Assembly (NCBI GenBank): GCA_030704615.1
Contig: CM060731.1
Span: 39,184,001-39,248,000, forward strand
Reading direction: 5' to 3'
DNA from: Takakia lepidozioides
Taxonomy: Eukaryota > Plantae > Bryophyta
Length of the DNA: 64,000 nucleotides
Under the pieces are notes generated by a model. It was not told where the DNA came from. It searched no databases and saw nothing but the letters and a program-made list of their open reading frames with translations. Below, piece by piece: positions 23,071 to 36,119 of the stretch. The position numbers were made by a program, and so were the translations under genes. Within the stretch, counting starts at the first letter, position 1. Every line of letters begins with the position of its first letter.

Positions 23071-24125
23071 AGAGAGGGGGCAACAAAGAAAAAAAAAGAA
23101 TGTGGGGGGGGGGAGTGATTGAGCATGCTGCTGCTCAGTCACTCCCCTCCCCCGCACCTTCTTTTCTTTTCTTTGTTGCCCCCTGATGTCTCCCTCTCTC
23201 TCCCTCTCTCTCCCTCTGGAAACTGGGCTTATGGAATTGTTGTCCTGACTTCCATCTTTGAGGAAATTGGAAAAAAAAATTGAAAAATTGGGTTGCACGG
23301 AATTTGGATGTTTTTTCATCCAAAATACAAAAAATAAAAAAAATAAAAAAAGTCCTAGTGAAATATTTCTTCACTAAAATACCTATGAGTTGCAAAACTC
23401 TCGTTAGTTTCTACTTTTTCAATCCAACCTGGATGAAAAAAAGACTTCATCTGACAGGACCTAAATACGGGGCAAGACAGGTATAAACCCCCGATGTTTT
23501 TCATCTAACCTAGATGAAAGACAGACTACATCCGTTGAGTACAAGACATGATGAAAGCACGATGTCTTTCATCTTCCGCGAATAAGAAACGGACAACGTC
23601 CGTCGGGCGGACAGACTAGCGGATGTTTTTCATCCTGAGAAGGATGAATGACGGGCCAGACAGGGGAAAACCCTGCGCAACCCTAATGTCTTTCTTTTTA
23701 TGCTGCGAGAGCGCGCGCGATGGCGGCTTGTGAAGAGCGATGGTGCTCGTGCTGCAGATACCTTGAGCTGCCAATCCTTGAGTGTTTATGGCTCCTATGA
23801 GCGCCGCCTTGGCGGGCTCTTTAAGGCGATGGCGGTGGCTTAGAGATGAGGGAAGATTCACTGTCTCAGTTGTCTGTTTTTTTGCTGCACAAGGGAACCG
23901 CAGCAGTGATGGCGGAGGTACCACCTGCATGCTTATGACGTTTCCCTAGGAGCCCTCCTCTGGATCTTTGATGAATGGCGGCGTCTTGGTAGAACAAGGA
24001 AGTCTCTCTCCCTCCCATTATAAACCATACCTTTTGAGACCAAGCTCTTTTTTCTTGTGCTTGGCAAAACTTTGCTTTGGTTAAGGTAACAGTGCTGTGG
24101 TGTTGGCGGAGTCCTCCCTGCACGG

Positions 24126-25200
24126 TTAGGATTGTGAAGGGATGACGACTCTCCCCCAGACAGTAAAAAAGGTTTCTTTTCTGTTTGTTTTGCTTCCTTG
24201 CTTTCTTTGGCATTCTCTACGCTTAGATTGAAGTGTATTTGATCTTGATAGCAAGTGTGGAAGCCTGTTACTCACCTCGTGCATCCTCACTAACTCACAA
24301 TGCGTTGTGGTTGTTTTTGGGATGGGCACAGGTGAGGGCTTCCACTTAATATTCTGATGTCTAGGTGCCATCTTGGGGATGCCAATGTCCTCAGTAACCT
24401 GAGAATGTGTGACCTCGGTATCTACACTGAGAATTTTGTCCTGAGCTGGCTCCAGAACATTGATTGCCCCTATGAATGAGCCAAAGCTGGCACCTATCTC
24501 TGGGAGCGAAGTCAGATACGTGGGAGGTAGGAAGGGGATGGCAATGACTCTCGGCTTCCACAAGATGCCTTTCTTGTGACCCCAATCCTGGGTCCAAGGA
24601 AAGATGTGGACTTTGGAGGCGGATGTCTGTGTGTTGAGGCGCAGAGCCTTTTCTGCATCTGCTGGCGAGCTGAAGATGATAGCGTAGAAGCCTTTCCCCA
24701 TTGAAAGGCTAAAGTGTTGTGCCAATCCACCAGCAGTTCCTACTTGCTCGATAATCCAAGTACGAATTGATTTTCTCGTCCGCGGCTTTCCAGGGAAGTA
24801 CAAGAGGATGCCTGTCTTTGTTAACTTTTGCACTTTAGCCTGCAGCTTAGCTTTGTTCAAATTTATGACAGGTTGCTCCTTGTCTTCTTGCACCGTTGTG
24901 TCCTCCCACGCGTTCTCAGTCATCAATGGTGAGGGCGGGGGGGCAGAGGCTGAGGGGCCTTTTCCTAGAATGGAGGCAACTTCAACTTGCAGCATGGAGG
25001 ATTTCCTGGTCCAAATCTGATTTCTGGCTTTCGCTGCCGGAGACAACCGCCGGTTTCGGGTAGACGACAGGCGTGAGAAGCAAGAATGGGAATAAGAGTT
25101 AGAGCGGGGGGAGGAGAGGAATGAGGTAGCGAGTGGAGGGGTGGGATAGACGTGGATTATGCAAGGGAACGATGTGGAGCGAAGACCGCAAATGCGACAA
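24126..25200 (-). mobile_element. L1-type LINE ORF1 (DUF4283-like) remnant
   Basis: ORF 25046-24126 reads GILLYFPGK...IRTWI...MGKGFYAIIFSSPADAEKAL...HIFPWTQDW...IPFLPPTY..LPEIGASFG, typical of plant L1 ORF1. No ORF2 seen. Confidence 0.75.
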
Positions 25201-27449
25201 GCTGTTAGAGATGATAGATAACTGATTCAGCTGAATGCATGTAGAATTGCATCAACATCAACATTTAGAGAAAAAAACATGAGCTCTCCTCAATCCTTGG
25301 TCTATGCAGCAGATATGAAGGGGTTAGTAGAAGAAGAGAAGTCTTCCCGCCCTGTAGAGAATGCATGGTGGCTTGGCAGCGTCTCCATACTGCACTCTTT
25401 CAAGGCTCATTAAGAGCCGCTGCATCGAGCAGACCACTGCAGGCCTCGGGGAGCCACCGATTAGCGACAAAAGCTTAAGTGCCTGAGACAATGGAAAAGT
25501 GTGGGTGTGTGAGCGTGGAGACTCATTAAACCAACATGGGAAGCCGGGGGGGTGGGAAGAACTCTGTTGGATCTTATGAATGAAGAAAGACTTGAGAAGA
25601 GAGGCACATGAAGATGAACACAGGGAAGATGAAATCTTAGCAGATTCTTTAGGTTTTCCTTTTTCGTCATTGCTTTGAAAGAGAGCGCAGGGGGGGGAGA
25701 TGGTTGGGGTAACGTAGCAGAACTTCCTCATGTTACTGCCTGATGGGGGAACTTGACTTGCAAAAGAGATTTTGGGGGAGGGGGAGGGGGGGGGGGAGCA
25801 GGATGGCCTTCTGCATAGTGAGAGAGATAGGGGAACTGGATGGTCTTCTGCATCGACAGACCCATTCCAGCCTCTTATATGTGAGAGTGGCTCAAAGTAA
25901 TTGTTGGCTGGTAAGCTTGCTCACTATACGTTTGATCATGGCAAGTATATATCCCATGCATCTCTCAATGCAGTCTCAAACAACATAAGCCCCCCAAGTT
26001 TGGGTGGGGCCGGTTAATTCTAGAGTGGTCCAGGAATTTAAAAAGGCGGCTAACCACGTGTATTCAGGAATGAGATGAAGGGTCCAAAAGATTAAGGATC
26101 CCAAATCCTCCGAGGCATTAGGTAATCAAGAAGGTCAGAAAGACGAAGGCGAATGGCCCAGCCTGGGTTACTGGAACGTCCAAACGACGAGGCCAGGTGT
26201 AGATCGTTGCATAGAAATAGCAGAAAGTTCTAGACCCTTCAAGAAAAAACGGGAGCGGTGGCCTTTGGAACTTTAGAGCTTTGTAGAACGACAAGGCGGC
26301 GAGCGAGCAAGAGTGGTGGGCCAACATGTAGGGAGCAAGGTACTGTGGTGGGAGCTGGTGGCAGTGACATGCTGCTAGTGTCGAGTAGCCTCTCTTGTTC
26401 TGTAAGTAGATTCAATACATATTGTTGTTTGGTGGCTCAGCAAGTTCATGTATCCCCGTTTCTGGCAGAACTCGTCGCAATGAGCATGCATTTTAGATTT
26501 GTGTGTTTTGTATTTGACGAGCTACGAATTGAACAGTAGGTTTAGGGCTGAGTTGCTGGTGTTGTTTTTTTGCTACTAGTTGTACAGTGGCAGTTTCCAT
26601 ATAGACTTGTTGATATTTTGTGATTTAATACTCTGCACCTTAGGTATAGGTCATTTTTTCTAGACCTTTGGTATTCATTGGTCCAGACGTTTAGACAGGG
26701 AGGACCTCTAATTTTGATGAGTTGCCATCATCTCATGAACATAGGAACATAGGAGCGGACTACATGCATGCACATTAATTGGGTCGAGGACTTCGATTTT
26801 TTTTGGGTTAAGACATTTATAAGTACCTCCATGTAGGTAGTTCCGTGATTTCTTCCATAAAGGTACAAAAACGAGTTGAACTACCTCCATGCAAAGTTAA
26901 AATTGAACTTTTCTTTGAGAGTGAATTCATAAAACATAAAGCATCATACTCTCTATGGGATATCCATATAATTTATGTGTACATGTATATAATTTCACTC
27001 CTAGAATTCAATACATATTGAGGCCGACTTAAGCAAATGCAGCTATCTAGTAATCCAAGCTTTCTCACCAATCACAAAATACTCGGAAGAGTAGTTTAGA
27101 TCAGAGAGACTTTAAATAACCCCCAACTGCCTGTATTGAATTTTGGGCCAACATTTTGGTTGTTCGTTTATTAGGGAAGTGGAGGATGAACTCGTTACGA
27201 CATCTCTAAATGTGAACGTGTTGCTGAAACAAGAGTAACTTGACCGACAAGGGATTCAGGTGGACACGCGACATCTCTACTTGTAAGCCTTTAATTTGGA
27301 ATTACTTTTCGTTTCTAGCTTCAGAACCCACAATAGTATGAGAGTTTTCCAACTCCTCAAACTATCTAAATTTTTTTCTGGTTTTGTTATTAGTCAACGG
27401 ACTTAGTGTTTCATAGCATCTTCCACAAGAAACCAGGTCTTGTCGAACT

Positions 27450-28100
27450 GCCCATTTGCAAACAAATACGAAGATGGTTGAAGGGGTGAAGCTCGACCGC
27501 ATCACATTTGTGTGCATTTGCGATGCGTGTGCAAGCCTGGCAACTCTGAAAAAGGGCGAAGATGCCCATGGCGACATCAAAGCTGGAATGTACCAGATGT
27601 GATCCTGATTTAACTGTTGAATTAGTGACTGGATTTTTGGCTCATAAGAGTATGTTGTGATCGTTTCACGAGCTGTTGAATATCTGTTGTTCAATCAAAT
27701 CACGCAATTTGTGTATTGTTTTCCCTCTCATATTTATGACATTGACCACAATTTTTCCCAACTGAATGTAGCTTGAAGGATGGCTGGAAAAGAGAGGGTA
27801 GGGGGAGAGCCAGGAAGAGACATAAGGCAAAGTATGTCTAGATAACCCACTTGTAAACAATGTCCATGCCAGGTGTGAATTTTTTGCACCATTAGCAAGT
27901 GATACGCATCAATTGTAGAGACACAAACAATCTTTTAAAGTAGTCAGTAATGCTTTTAATGAATGACACAACTTTGTTGCACTCAATCACACAACAGTCA
28001 TGGTTCATGCAGCCCTCTATACAGATGGGTGCACCTAAAGGTGATTTTATGATGAGCAACTGAAGGAACTCTGTCAGGATGTGTGTTTCTTTCAAAAGTT
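27450..28100 (+). pseudogene. Highly degenerate PPR E/E+ gene fragment
   Basis: EGVKLDRITFVCICDACASLATLKKGEDAHGDIKAG (27480-27590). Then frameshifted E-domain-like NHAICVLF/HIY, a PG-box-like MPGV, and HNFVA. Confidence 0.6.
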
Positions 28101-28659
28101 AGTGTGGAAGGAGGATTTCATGGTTTAACCAGCACATGCTCCTCCATTACAGGAAAAATAACAAGTCTGGACCTTGGGAAACAATATAAAGCCTAAGGGA
28201 GCGTTCCATGTGACAGAATACATTGAAAACAGCAAAATCTTACAATGGTTGAATCTGTACGTGAGTGACATTGATGACCAGGTTTAACCTCTAATCCTTC
28301 CAAAACCTTCAGAATACTTGGGACTGAGAGTATTATCACATTTCAACCACAATCTTGATTCCTTCTTCGTCCTTTTATTCATTATTGAAATATAAATTAT
28401 GTTCTTTCATTTTGCAGTGTACTCCAGAAAGTAAAGACGATAAGATTTGGTTTCATTTTCCAGGGCGCGAGAGAGTAGCTAAAGAGGAGAGGAAGCTTGG
28501 TCACAATACTTGGGACTGACAGATGAGCAGTGGCAGTAGTACACTTTTTAGAATTTTCTAATATTGAATGTCATGAGTGGAAACTTATGGTTGTGGGGTG
28601 GGGTGATGGTTCAGGCAGCAAATCATCCGCTGAACGTGCCACTGTGAAGGTGTCAAGAC

Positions 28660-28850
28660 TGATTATATCAATATCAAAATCAATTTTATCAATATCATTT
28701 TTATCAACATCACTTTTATCAAGATCAATATCAACATCATTATCATTATTGTTACCATTATCAAGACAAATAATTTTTTTCAAAGACATTTGTTTTTATC
28801 AAGATTTTTATCATAAACAATTGTTTTTATCAAGACAAATGAGTTTTATT
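28660..28850. repeat. AT-rich simple repeat (ATCAAT / TTTTATCAAG units)
   Basis: Repeated ATATCA/ATCAAT/TTTTATCAAGA words. Confidence 0.7.
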
Positions 28851-28988
28851 AAAAACAACTATTTCCGTTAAAATTTCATATAGACCTATTCAGTCATTAT
28901 TTATTTTTATCAAAAGGCTCTTGTCCACTGAAAATATAATTACTTATTTGTGAGACATATTTCCAAATGTGTATAACCCCAAATTAAA

Positions 28989-29525
28989 ATGGAAAAAGAA
29001 ATTGCTAGTAAGAGACGGAGAAAGTATGCTTTAAATAAAGAGAAATTAAATGATGAGCGACAAAAAAGATGTAAATCTCAACCGACTCCCGATCCAAACA
29101 AAACAAATGCCAAACGAAGGGAAAAATACAGATTTGAACATCCACCACAAACCACGGAAATAAATCCAGACAAAACAAATGCTAAACGAAGGGGAAAATA
29201 TAAATTTAAACATCCACCACCAACCAAGGAAATAGAATTTCAACCCAATCCCGATCCAGACGAAACAAATGCTAAACGAAGGAAAAAATACAGATTCGAA
29301 CATCCACTACAAACCACGGAAATAGAATTTCAACCCACTCCTGATCCAGATGAAACAAATGCAGAATATGAACGGTTAGTCCAGCAGTTTCGTAGGGGAG
29401 GTGCTACATATGCATTTTTCAAAAACATTGGGGCAACTCAGAGCGGTGACGTACGGCTGGTCGCACTCCCCTGTACCATTTTCGCTCATGTTTTGGATGA
29501 TAACACATGCGCCGCTTTGCAGTGA
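28989..29525 (+). repeat. Coding tandem repeat in the Helentron 5' region (DPD(K/E)TNAKRR(E/K)KY(R/K)F(E/K)HP units)
   Basis: About four units of 25-29 aa in ORF 28989-29525. Confidence 0.7.
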
Positions 29526-30759
29526 GTGCATAATGCCTACACAGCCCATGGAGGATAGACATAGCTACCCAGATAATGATCTCTTTTTATTTTCAAGGTG
29601 GCGCGCCACTGTTGTCATGGCCCACCCCTCTGTCTCTGTCTCTCGCTCATCTCTCTTTCACCACTATCCTACACTTGGCATTCTCTTCTCATCTCTAATA
29701 CCTTTGCTGGTTTTCTGTTTTTCAGGCTACAAGGATTTTTTACATCACCTCGTCTTCCACTCCACCCTTCAGACGAGTGTGTGTCACATGTGGCCTCGAG
29801 GACATAACACGTCAGGATGACGGCTTGTTCTTTTGTAATGCTTGCAAAATAGCAAGTCACTGTGCCCTTCATGTTTGCATAGCTAGTAGCATTTAGGGTG
29901 TGGATGGGATTGTGCAGGTGTATGTCAATTCAGATTGGGTGGAGGCCATAGTGGGCATGACCAATGAAGATCTGAAAAATGCTCATAGAACAGACAGGCT
30001 TTGCATCATCAATGCGTTCTCTAGCATGCGTCATGTGGGACGGTTTTCTTTGAACCCTGTGGGGGATTTGGTTGGATTTAAAGAACATGCAACATAGTTC
30101 TTTTGCTGCAATCAAGAGCACGCTAGACTAGAGGGTTGTTTTCAGGTGTATCAGCCTTTACAATAGTTTAGTGTATGCTCGGATTTCCTCGGATTAACTT
30201 GGAATTCCTACATCTATAGGCCATTTGGTTTCATGGTGCTGCTTCATATGTGAAGCATTTTTCCTTAGCATCTCTACTTAGTCAAAGTAGTTCTTACCAT
30301 GACAATATAGCCCACACAACATGATTGGATTTTAGTAATCCATTTTTGTGAGCTGTGTGTGGTTTATGGTTGCAATATATGAGTACTTTGACAATATTGT
30401 GCCATTCTTGTGTGTTCTTTCAGTTTTACAGACTTCACCCTTTTAGTTTACAACTACATTTTTAGTCAGTCCCTCACTTAATCAGCCAGTCTCTCACTTC
30501 ATTTGTCAATTCAGATTTATCTACTACAATATCTATGAAATTTAATTCATCCAAACATATAATTTACTATTACTATTGTTCAACAACTCTTTATTCGACG
30601 TTTCTTTGCCTTGTACATGCTTGTTTGTGTTCTTATAAGATTTTCAAAATCTATCTAATCTGGCCAACTTCCATTAATATTATTTTCTGTTATAATACAA
30701 CTTGAACCTTAATTCAGTTTTTTACAACCTTATTTTATATCTAATTTACTCTCTCAATA

Positions 30760-31230
30760 ATGGATACAGAAATAGACTTAATATTACAATATCAAGATTT
30801 GCATCGTGTACACGATTACCATTATGTTGTTGGAGACTATTTATTTGATTCGGTTGCTTATTTGCTGCATTACAAAATATCATCTACAGATCTGCGTCAT
30901 CAAACCATGAAACATTTTTTGCAAACTTTACAATTGCCCACTGATGAGGTGGCCGAAATGATTCAAATCCACATTTCTTCGGACGCCCTTTATGAGTTAC
31001 ATGGTGTTCACACAATTGATGAATTTGTTCAACAAATGTCCAAAAGTGTTGTTTGTGGAGGTTTAGAAGGTGATAATCGTGTCATTTTTTGTTTAGCAAA
31101 TTATTTACAAAGACCCATTCGGTTATGGTCTCGAGTAAATAAAAGAATAATTTTTTTTTGTGGGTGATCAATTTGTTGCGCATACCCCTCTCCGACTACT
31201 TTATGACGATAGACACGGTACGAAGAGTGG
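30760..31230 (+). pseudogene. OTU-like cysteine protease (deubiquitinase) domain of the Helentron
   Basis: VVGDYLFDSVAYLL...LRHQTMKHF...MSKS..GGLEGDNRVIFCLANYLQRPIRLWS...LRLLY matches the OTU pattern GDCLF..LR..WG...A....RPI. The catalytic Cys position reads Tyr. Confidence 0.7.
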
Positions 31231-31744
31231 AAACTTTATTTTAAACAGAACTCATTGCACTTCAAATATTATACCATCAACCTCGATTTCAAATTCTCAA
31301 TCGCTTTCAATTTCGGAATTTGCAACATCAATACAACCTTCTTTGATATCACAACATGTCACTAAAAAAAAGGGTCGACAACAAAATGATCTTATGAACA
31401 ACACCAATGTAACCCGGAAAACACCTCGTTTTCAATGGCTACCAACTCATGATGAACACATGTTCAATTTGATGGTTGAGTTTCCGTTGCCACTCTCAAA
31501 CACATAGCACAGATCTTCTCTCGTCATTATGCAACTTTGAATCTCACATTTATTCAAATTTATTCTCATTTGCGGTGAATTAATAATAAAATAAAGTATA
31601 TAACAAAACAAAATACACCGCAAATTGATTCTCCCATTGCTGTTCAGTCCAACCAATACCTCTTCATTCATTGCATCATTCCAACAATAATCCCATTGAA
31701 ATTCATATAAATTCTGCTCATCGCAGTAAATACATTAAAAAAAT

Positions 31745-34700
31745 TGCCTGATACACCAGTGCATCCATGTATGTGTTGTCATCGACTATGTTTTAAAAAA
31801 CAAATTGTTACACCGACAAAAAAATTGTTAAAAAAATTAGCCGTGTATATTCCCATTGTAACAACGGAACAAAATCATGGACAAATGTTTATAGAGTTGT
31901 AAATTAATGCTTGACCATGATAAATCTCCTAAATATGTTCCTAATATAATTCATCTAAATGCTCCTATTAATAATGTTCAAAACCTCAATGCGCTTGAGA
32001 AAAGATTAATTGCACCACGTATGGCATTTGCCCAAATATATCAATTACAAGGTTATGGCCAATATGGTATACGTGGTAGCATTATAAACGGTCCATCAAA
32101 TGTTAACAATACACAATCAGTTTTACCTCGCATGCCGAATGATGATACTACCATTGGAGTACTTTTAAAACGTCGTCTGGAATATAAATCTCCATATTTA
32201 TGAGGAACTGTTCGTCCCAATTTTATTATGTTGGCTATACAAGATCTTGTTGCTACTCCATTATACATAGAAGCTAATGTTACCATTCGACCACAATGGT
32301 TAGGATTATTTGCAATGTCCCATCAAACAGAACAAAATTGTATAAATATCGATGAACCATTAGAAGAATTTAATGAAATATCTCAAGATGAGTTTGAGGA
32401 AGTTGTCGAAAATACTACTAGCGATACTCTAGTACAAAATATCCTCACTTCAGAGCAAATACAAGTATTTCATGATGGTCTATTAACAGTAGCTCCTTCT
32501 CAAGACTTTAAACCATTAGGTCTTTTCCAAGATACTCATAGTGAATAATTGAATTTTCATTTTTTTCATTGTCTTATCAAGCCATTGCACAATGGGAAAT
32601 ATTACATAAAGATCATGATTTCGCGAGACATATTCCAAATCTTTTTTTTAAAGCTATCAAAGTATTAATTCATGGCGTTACATCATCTTCTTGGATTCGT
32701 ATTCGTAAAGGTAAACTTTTTGGTAGACAATTGAAAGCGGACAAACTTACTGAAAAACCAAATTTAGATAATTATAACCACCAACTTTCTTTGCCACATT
32801 TACAAGTGTAGAAAGTAAATAGACATATTCACTGCAAACCATCTATTCGCTCAATCATAAAAAATTGGGAATTCCAAATGACATTCAAAATTTGGAAAGT
32901 AAACACGTTGTTGAATTGGTAAAATCGGATCCCGTTACATGTGCTCGATATTATGATCATCGAATGGGTGCATTTAGACATCTATGTATGAAAGATCATA
33001 CCATTTTTGGAACACTCCGTTCTTTGTAACGGAATTTCAAAGCCGAGGCAGTGAGCATGATCATGGTATGTTATGGATAGCTAATGCACTAATTTACGGG
33101 GTTGATAAAAATGATATAATTGAACAATTCGTAGATAAATATATAACATCCGATAATAATGTTCTTCCACCCATCCTACGTGAAGCTCAAACCCATTCGT
33201 TTGCTATTGACAAATATATTGAGCGACCAACTACATTATATCACTTGAGTCTCAGTGAATATGTAGCATATTATAATGTAGATAGAAATAATATAAAACC
33301 GCGGCAAAAATCCCATATTATTAGGTATGTGCACTATAACGAACATCGCGATTCTGAGAACATTATCGGAACAACTTTTACTTTTTCATCCATTTGTGGG
33401 AAGCGAAGAATCACAAAAAGGCGACCATGAAACATGGCATGATGCTTATTTGGTTCATAAACCAACTATATTGATGAAACGTGACAAATTCATATATAAG
33501 TTCCTAACAGAAAACACTACTATTTCAGATTGGAATACATTAGAAACAAAAGCACACGAATTAACAAAAATCAACAATCTTAGTATATGGATGGACAAGT
33601 TCATTGATGTTGATATAGAACCAAACGTTTCTGAGTCTCTGACATATTGCAGAGGGATTGAAAACATATGACATAGCAACAGAATTTCATTTGCGTCCTT
33701 AAATTGGATTGTCAATAACAATACCAGAGATAAACATATCTACAACACCTGATAACATTATTCCTAATAAACAATTTTATGAACAGTTGCGAAAGTTTAA
33801 TCCAGAACAACGTGCAATTTTCGATGACTGCATACACAGAAAACAGATGTTTCATGACAAACCCTTGCATTTGTTTCTAATTGGGGGAGCAGGAACTGGA
33901 AAAACGTTTACTTGACTTATTATTATTCGAGGTCTGCTTAGATTTTATAATAAACATCCACAATCTGACCCACTTAAGAAAAAAACAATTCTTATGGCTT
34001 ACACTGGCAAAGCAGCCTTCAATATTGATGGAACAACCATTCATTCTGGGCTAAGCATACCTCTTAATTGCAAACATTTGCCTTCACTCGGATCAGAACG
34101 ATTGGACACGTTGGTAAAATCATTTGATCACCTACAATTTATGGTGTTAGATGAAGTGTCTCTTGTGGGTAATAGGTTGCTTACGTTTATTGATCAACGA
34201 CTACGATCAATTAAACAAATTCATGGTACTTTCTTTGGTAATATTGATGTTATTATTACTGGAGATTTTTTATCAGGCACCGCCAGTAAGAGATTCGTGG
34301 GTTTTTAAGAAAAAAACTCGGAAGTCCTGATGCTTTAGTTCTCGGTTTTTTGGCAAGACTGTGTTAAATGTTACAAACTTACTCAAGTAATGCGTCAATC
34401 AGATAATGAATTTATTGGCATACTCAATCGACTACGAACAGCAACAACAACCCAACACAATATTAATATTCTAAATCAACAATGTTGTCGCTCTCCGCCA
34501 AACAATCCAGCATTTCTACATTTATATTATACCAACAAAAATATGTTAATTTATAATCACAAAGCATTCGAGCAAACTAAAGGATCTGTATATATTTTTG
34601 AAGCTATTGACAAACACCATGATCCATGTCCATCTACTTTTTAAGCTCTTGGATAATGCAGCCAACACGGCTGGCTTACATACAATAATTCATGTTAAAA

Positions 34701-35040
34701 AAGAGATGTTAATTGAATTATGTGCAGGAAATTATGCAACTCATGATGGTCTAGTAAATGGGGCGGACGGTATATTTAAACATACTTCCGTGTTAACAAA
34801 TTCAACCCCTTTAATATGGATACAATTTAACAATCCAAAATCTGGTGTTGCTACACGTGCAAAAAATATTCACTTATATAACTCAACAATAGATAAGTTA
34901 TGGACTCCAATTCAACCAATTTCTAAAGAGATTAAAATATGATCAAATACTTCACATATAATTACTAGAACCCAATTTCCTATTCAATTAGCAGCCGCTC
35001 GAACAATCCATCGTTCTCAAGGCTTAGCTTTGGACTATCT
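31745..35040 (+). pseudogene. Helitron-type Rep/PIF1 helicase, fragmented
   Basis: PCMCCHRL; DUF6570-like LEKRLIAPRMAF...GQYGIRGSIIN..LPR...LKRRLEYK; DPVTCARYY; Rep motif 2 EFQSRGSEHDHGMLW; PIF1 motifs GGAGTGKT, AYTGKAAFNIDGTTIHS, DEVSLV, GDF, MRQSD, DGLVNG, QFPIQLAAARTIHRSQGL. Confidence 0.93.
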
Positions 35041-35920
35041 AGCATTCGATCCTACAGGGGTATATAAACATGGTTTAAGTTATATAGCTTTGTCACGCAT
35101 ACGTAACAAAGAAAACTTATACCTCTTAGCAAATTTGCAATTGAAAAATTTTCATGTTGACAATGGGGTTGCCGAGGAGATGCAACGTCTACATACAAGC
35201 GCACGATGGCAATTCCTCGTTCCAACTTTGCATATATACAAACAATCACATGTAATTATACAACACTTGAATACAAGATCATTGTTGTTATATAAAGAAG
35301 ATGTTTTTGCAGATCACAACTTACAAACAGCTCATATTTTATGTCTTAGTGAAACGCACTTCAAACCTAATTCCAATATAAATCTGTTTATGGATTCCAC
35401 AAAATATTCATATATCGTTGTACATGGTAGTCATGGCACCATGATGTTATATGACACAACAATGTCCTTAGTATCTCATGAAGTGTTTTCATTCTCTGGT
35501 GCTGAATATATAATGACCACTTTCAATAAAAATACAAGAAGAGCTATTCATGTAGTTACCATTTACAAACCTCCATCACTTTCGATATCTATATTTTTGT
35601 CTCAACTACAAACAATTCTTCATAAAATATCACATTTCTGTCCAACCATTATTATAGGGGATTTCAATATAAATATATTACAAAATGATTCAACCATGTC
35701 AAAACAATTGCTACAATTCATGAGGATGTTCAATATGACACTTCAATTCATGAAAACTACTACAATATATGATTCACAGTTGGATCATATTTGGACGAAT
35801 ACACCTAACCAACAATGTATATCAGGAGTTACAGAGGCATATTGGACAGATCACAAACCTATATATATAGCTTTCAAACTACCAAACCATGTTATTAAAT
35901 ATCATCATTCTACAATATAA
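35030..35920 (+). CDS. PIF1 C-terminus fused to an apurinic/apyrimidinic (exo/endo/phos) endonuclease, Helentron C-terminal module
   Basis: Stop-free 296 aa: GLSYIALSR (PIF1 motif VI), then HLNTRSL, ILCLSETH, TIYKPP, IIIGDFNIN, QLDHIWTN, YWTDHKPI. Confidence 0.9.
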   Translation: MDYLAFDPTGVYKHGLSYIALSRIRNKENLYLLANLQLKNFHVDNGVAEEMQRLHTSARWQFLVPTLHIYKQSHVIIQHLNTRSLLLYKEDVFADHNLQTAHILCLSETHFKPNSNINLFMDSTKYSYIVVHGSHGTMMLYDTTMSLVSHEVFSFSGAEYIMTTFNKNTRRAIHVVTIYKPPSLSISIFLSQLQTILHKISHFCPTIIIGDFNINILQNDSTMSKQLLQFMRMFNMTLQFMKTTTIYDSQLDHIWTNTPNQQCISGVTEAYWTDHKPIYIAFKLPNHVIKYHHSTI

Positions 35921-36119
35921 CATGTAAAATACTTTGTTACACACTCCACATTGGAGGGTGGAGCCATTATGCGTCTAACCGCTTGTTTTCCTTACAACAA
36001 AACACTTCAGCACAACTTAAGGAAATTTCTAGATTTTACGATGCCACGATGAGATTTTAATTCTAGCGACGACAGAAGGTCGGAAGCTAGTTTAGCGTAG
36101 AGCAGGAATAGGGTGCCAT

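Larger units (their letters stand above)
20905..23660. mobile_element. Foldback/TIR-like non-autonomous element with CATCC..GGATG repeats, filled with LINE fragments
   Basis: Left end CCGATTATTCATCC..GGATGAAAAACA matches the reverse complement of the right end (CCGTCATTCATCC..GGATGAAAAACA). Both arms carry many TCATCC-n-GGATGA mini-hairpins and reciprocal GA/CT-rich inner segments. Confidence 0.55.
28868..36092 (+). mobile_element. Helentron/Helitron2-type rolling-circle transposon, decayed (OTU + DUF6570-like + Rep + PIF1 helicase + AP endonuclease)
   Basis: AT-rich island with the collinear domains listed below. It has a 3' stem-loop CTAGCGACGACAGAAGGTCGGAAGCTAG followed by TT at 36063-36092, and a candidate asymmetric TIR pair at 28868 (TTAAAATTTCAT) and ~36049 (ATGAGATTTTAA). 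Confidence 0.85.

Noticed and set aside
25200-25990. Third UGT N-terminal fragment on the minus strand
   Set aside because: Only a vague KPPCIL/ISAA resemblance, too degenerate to support.
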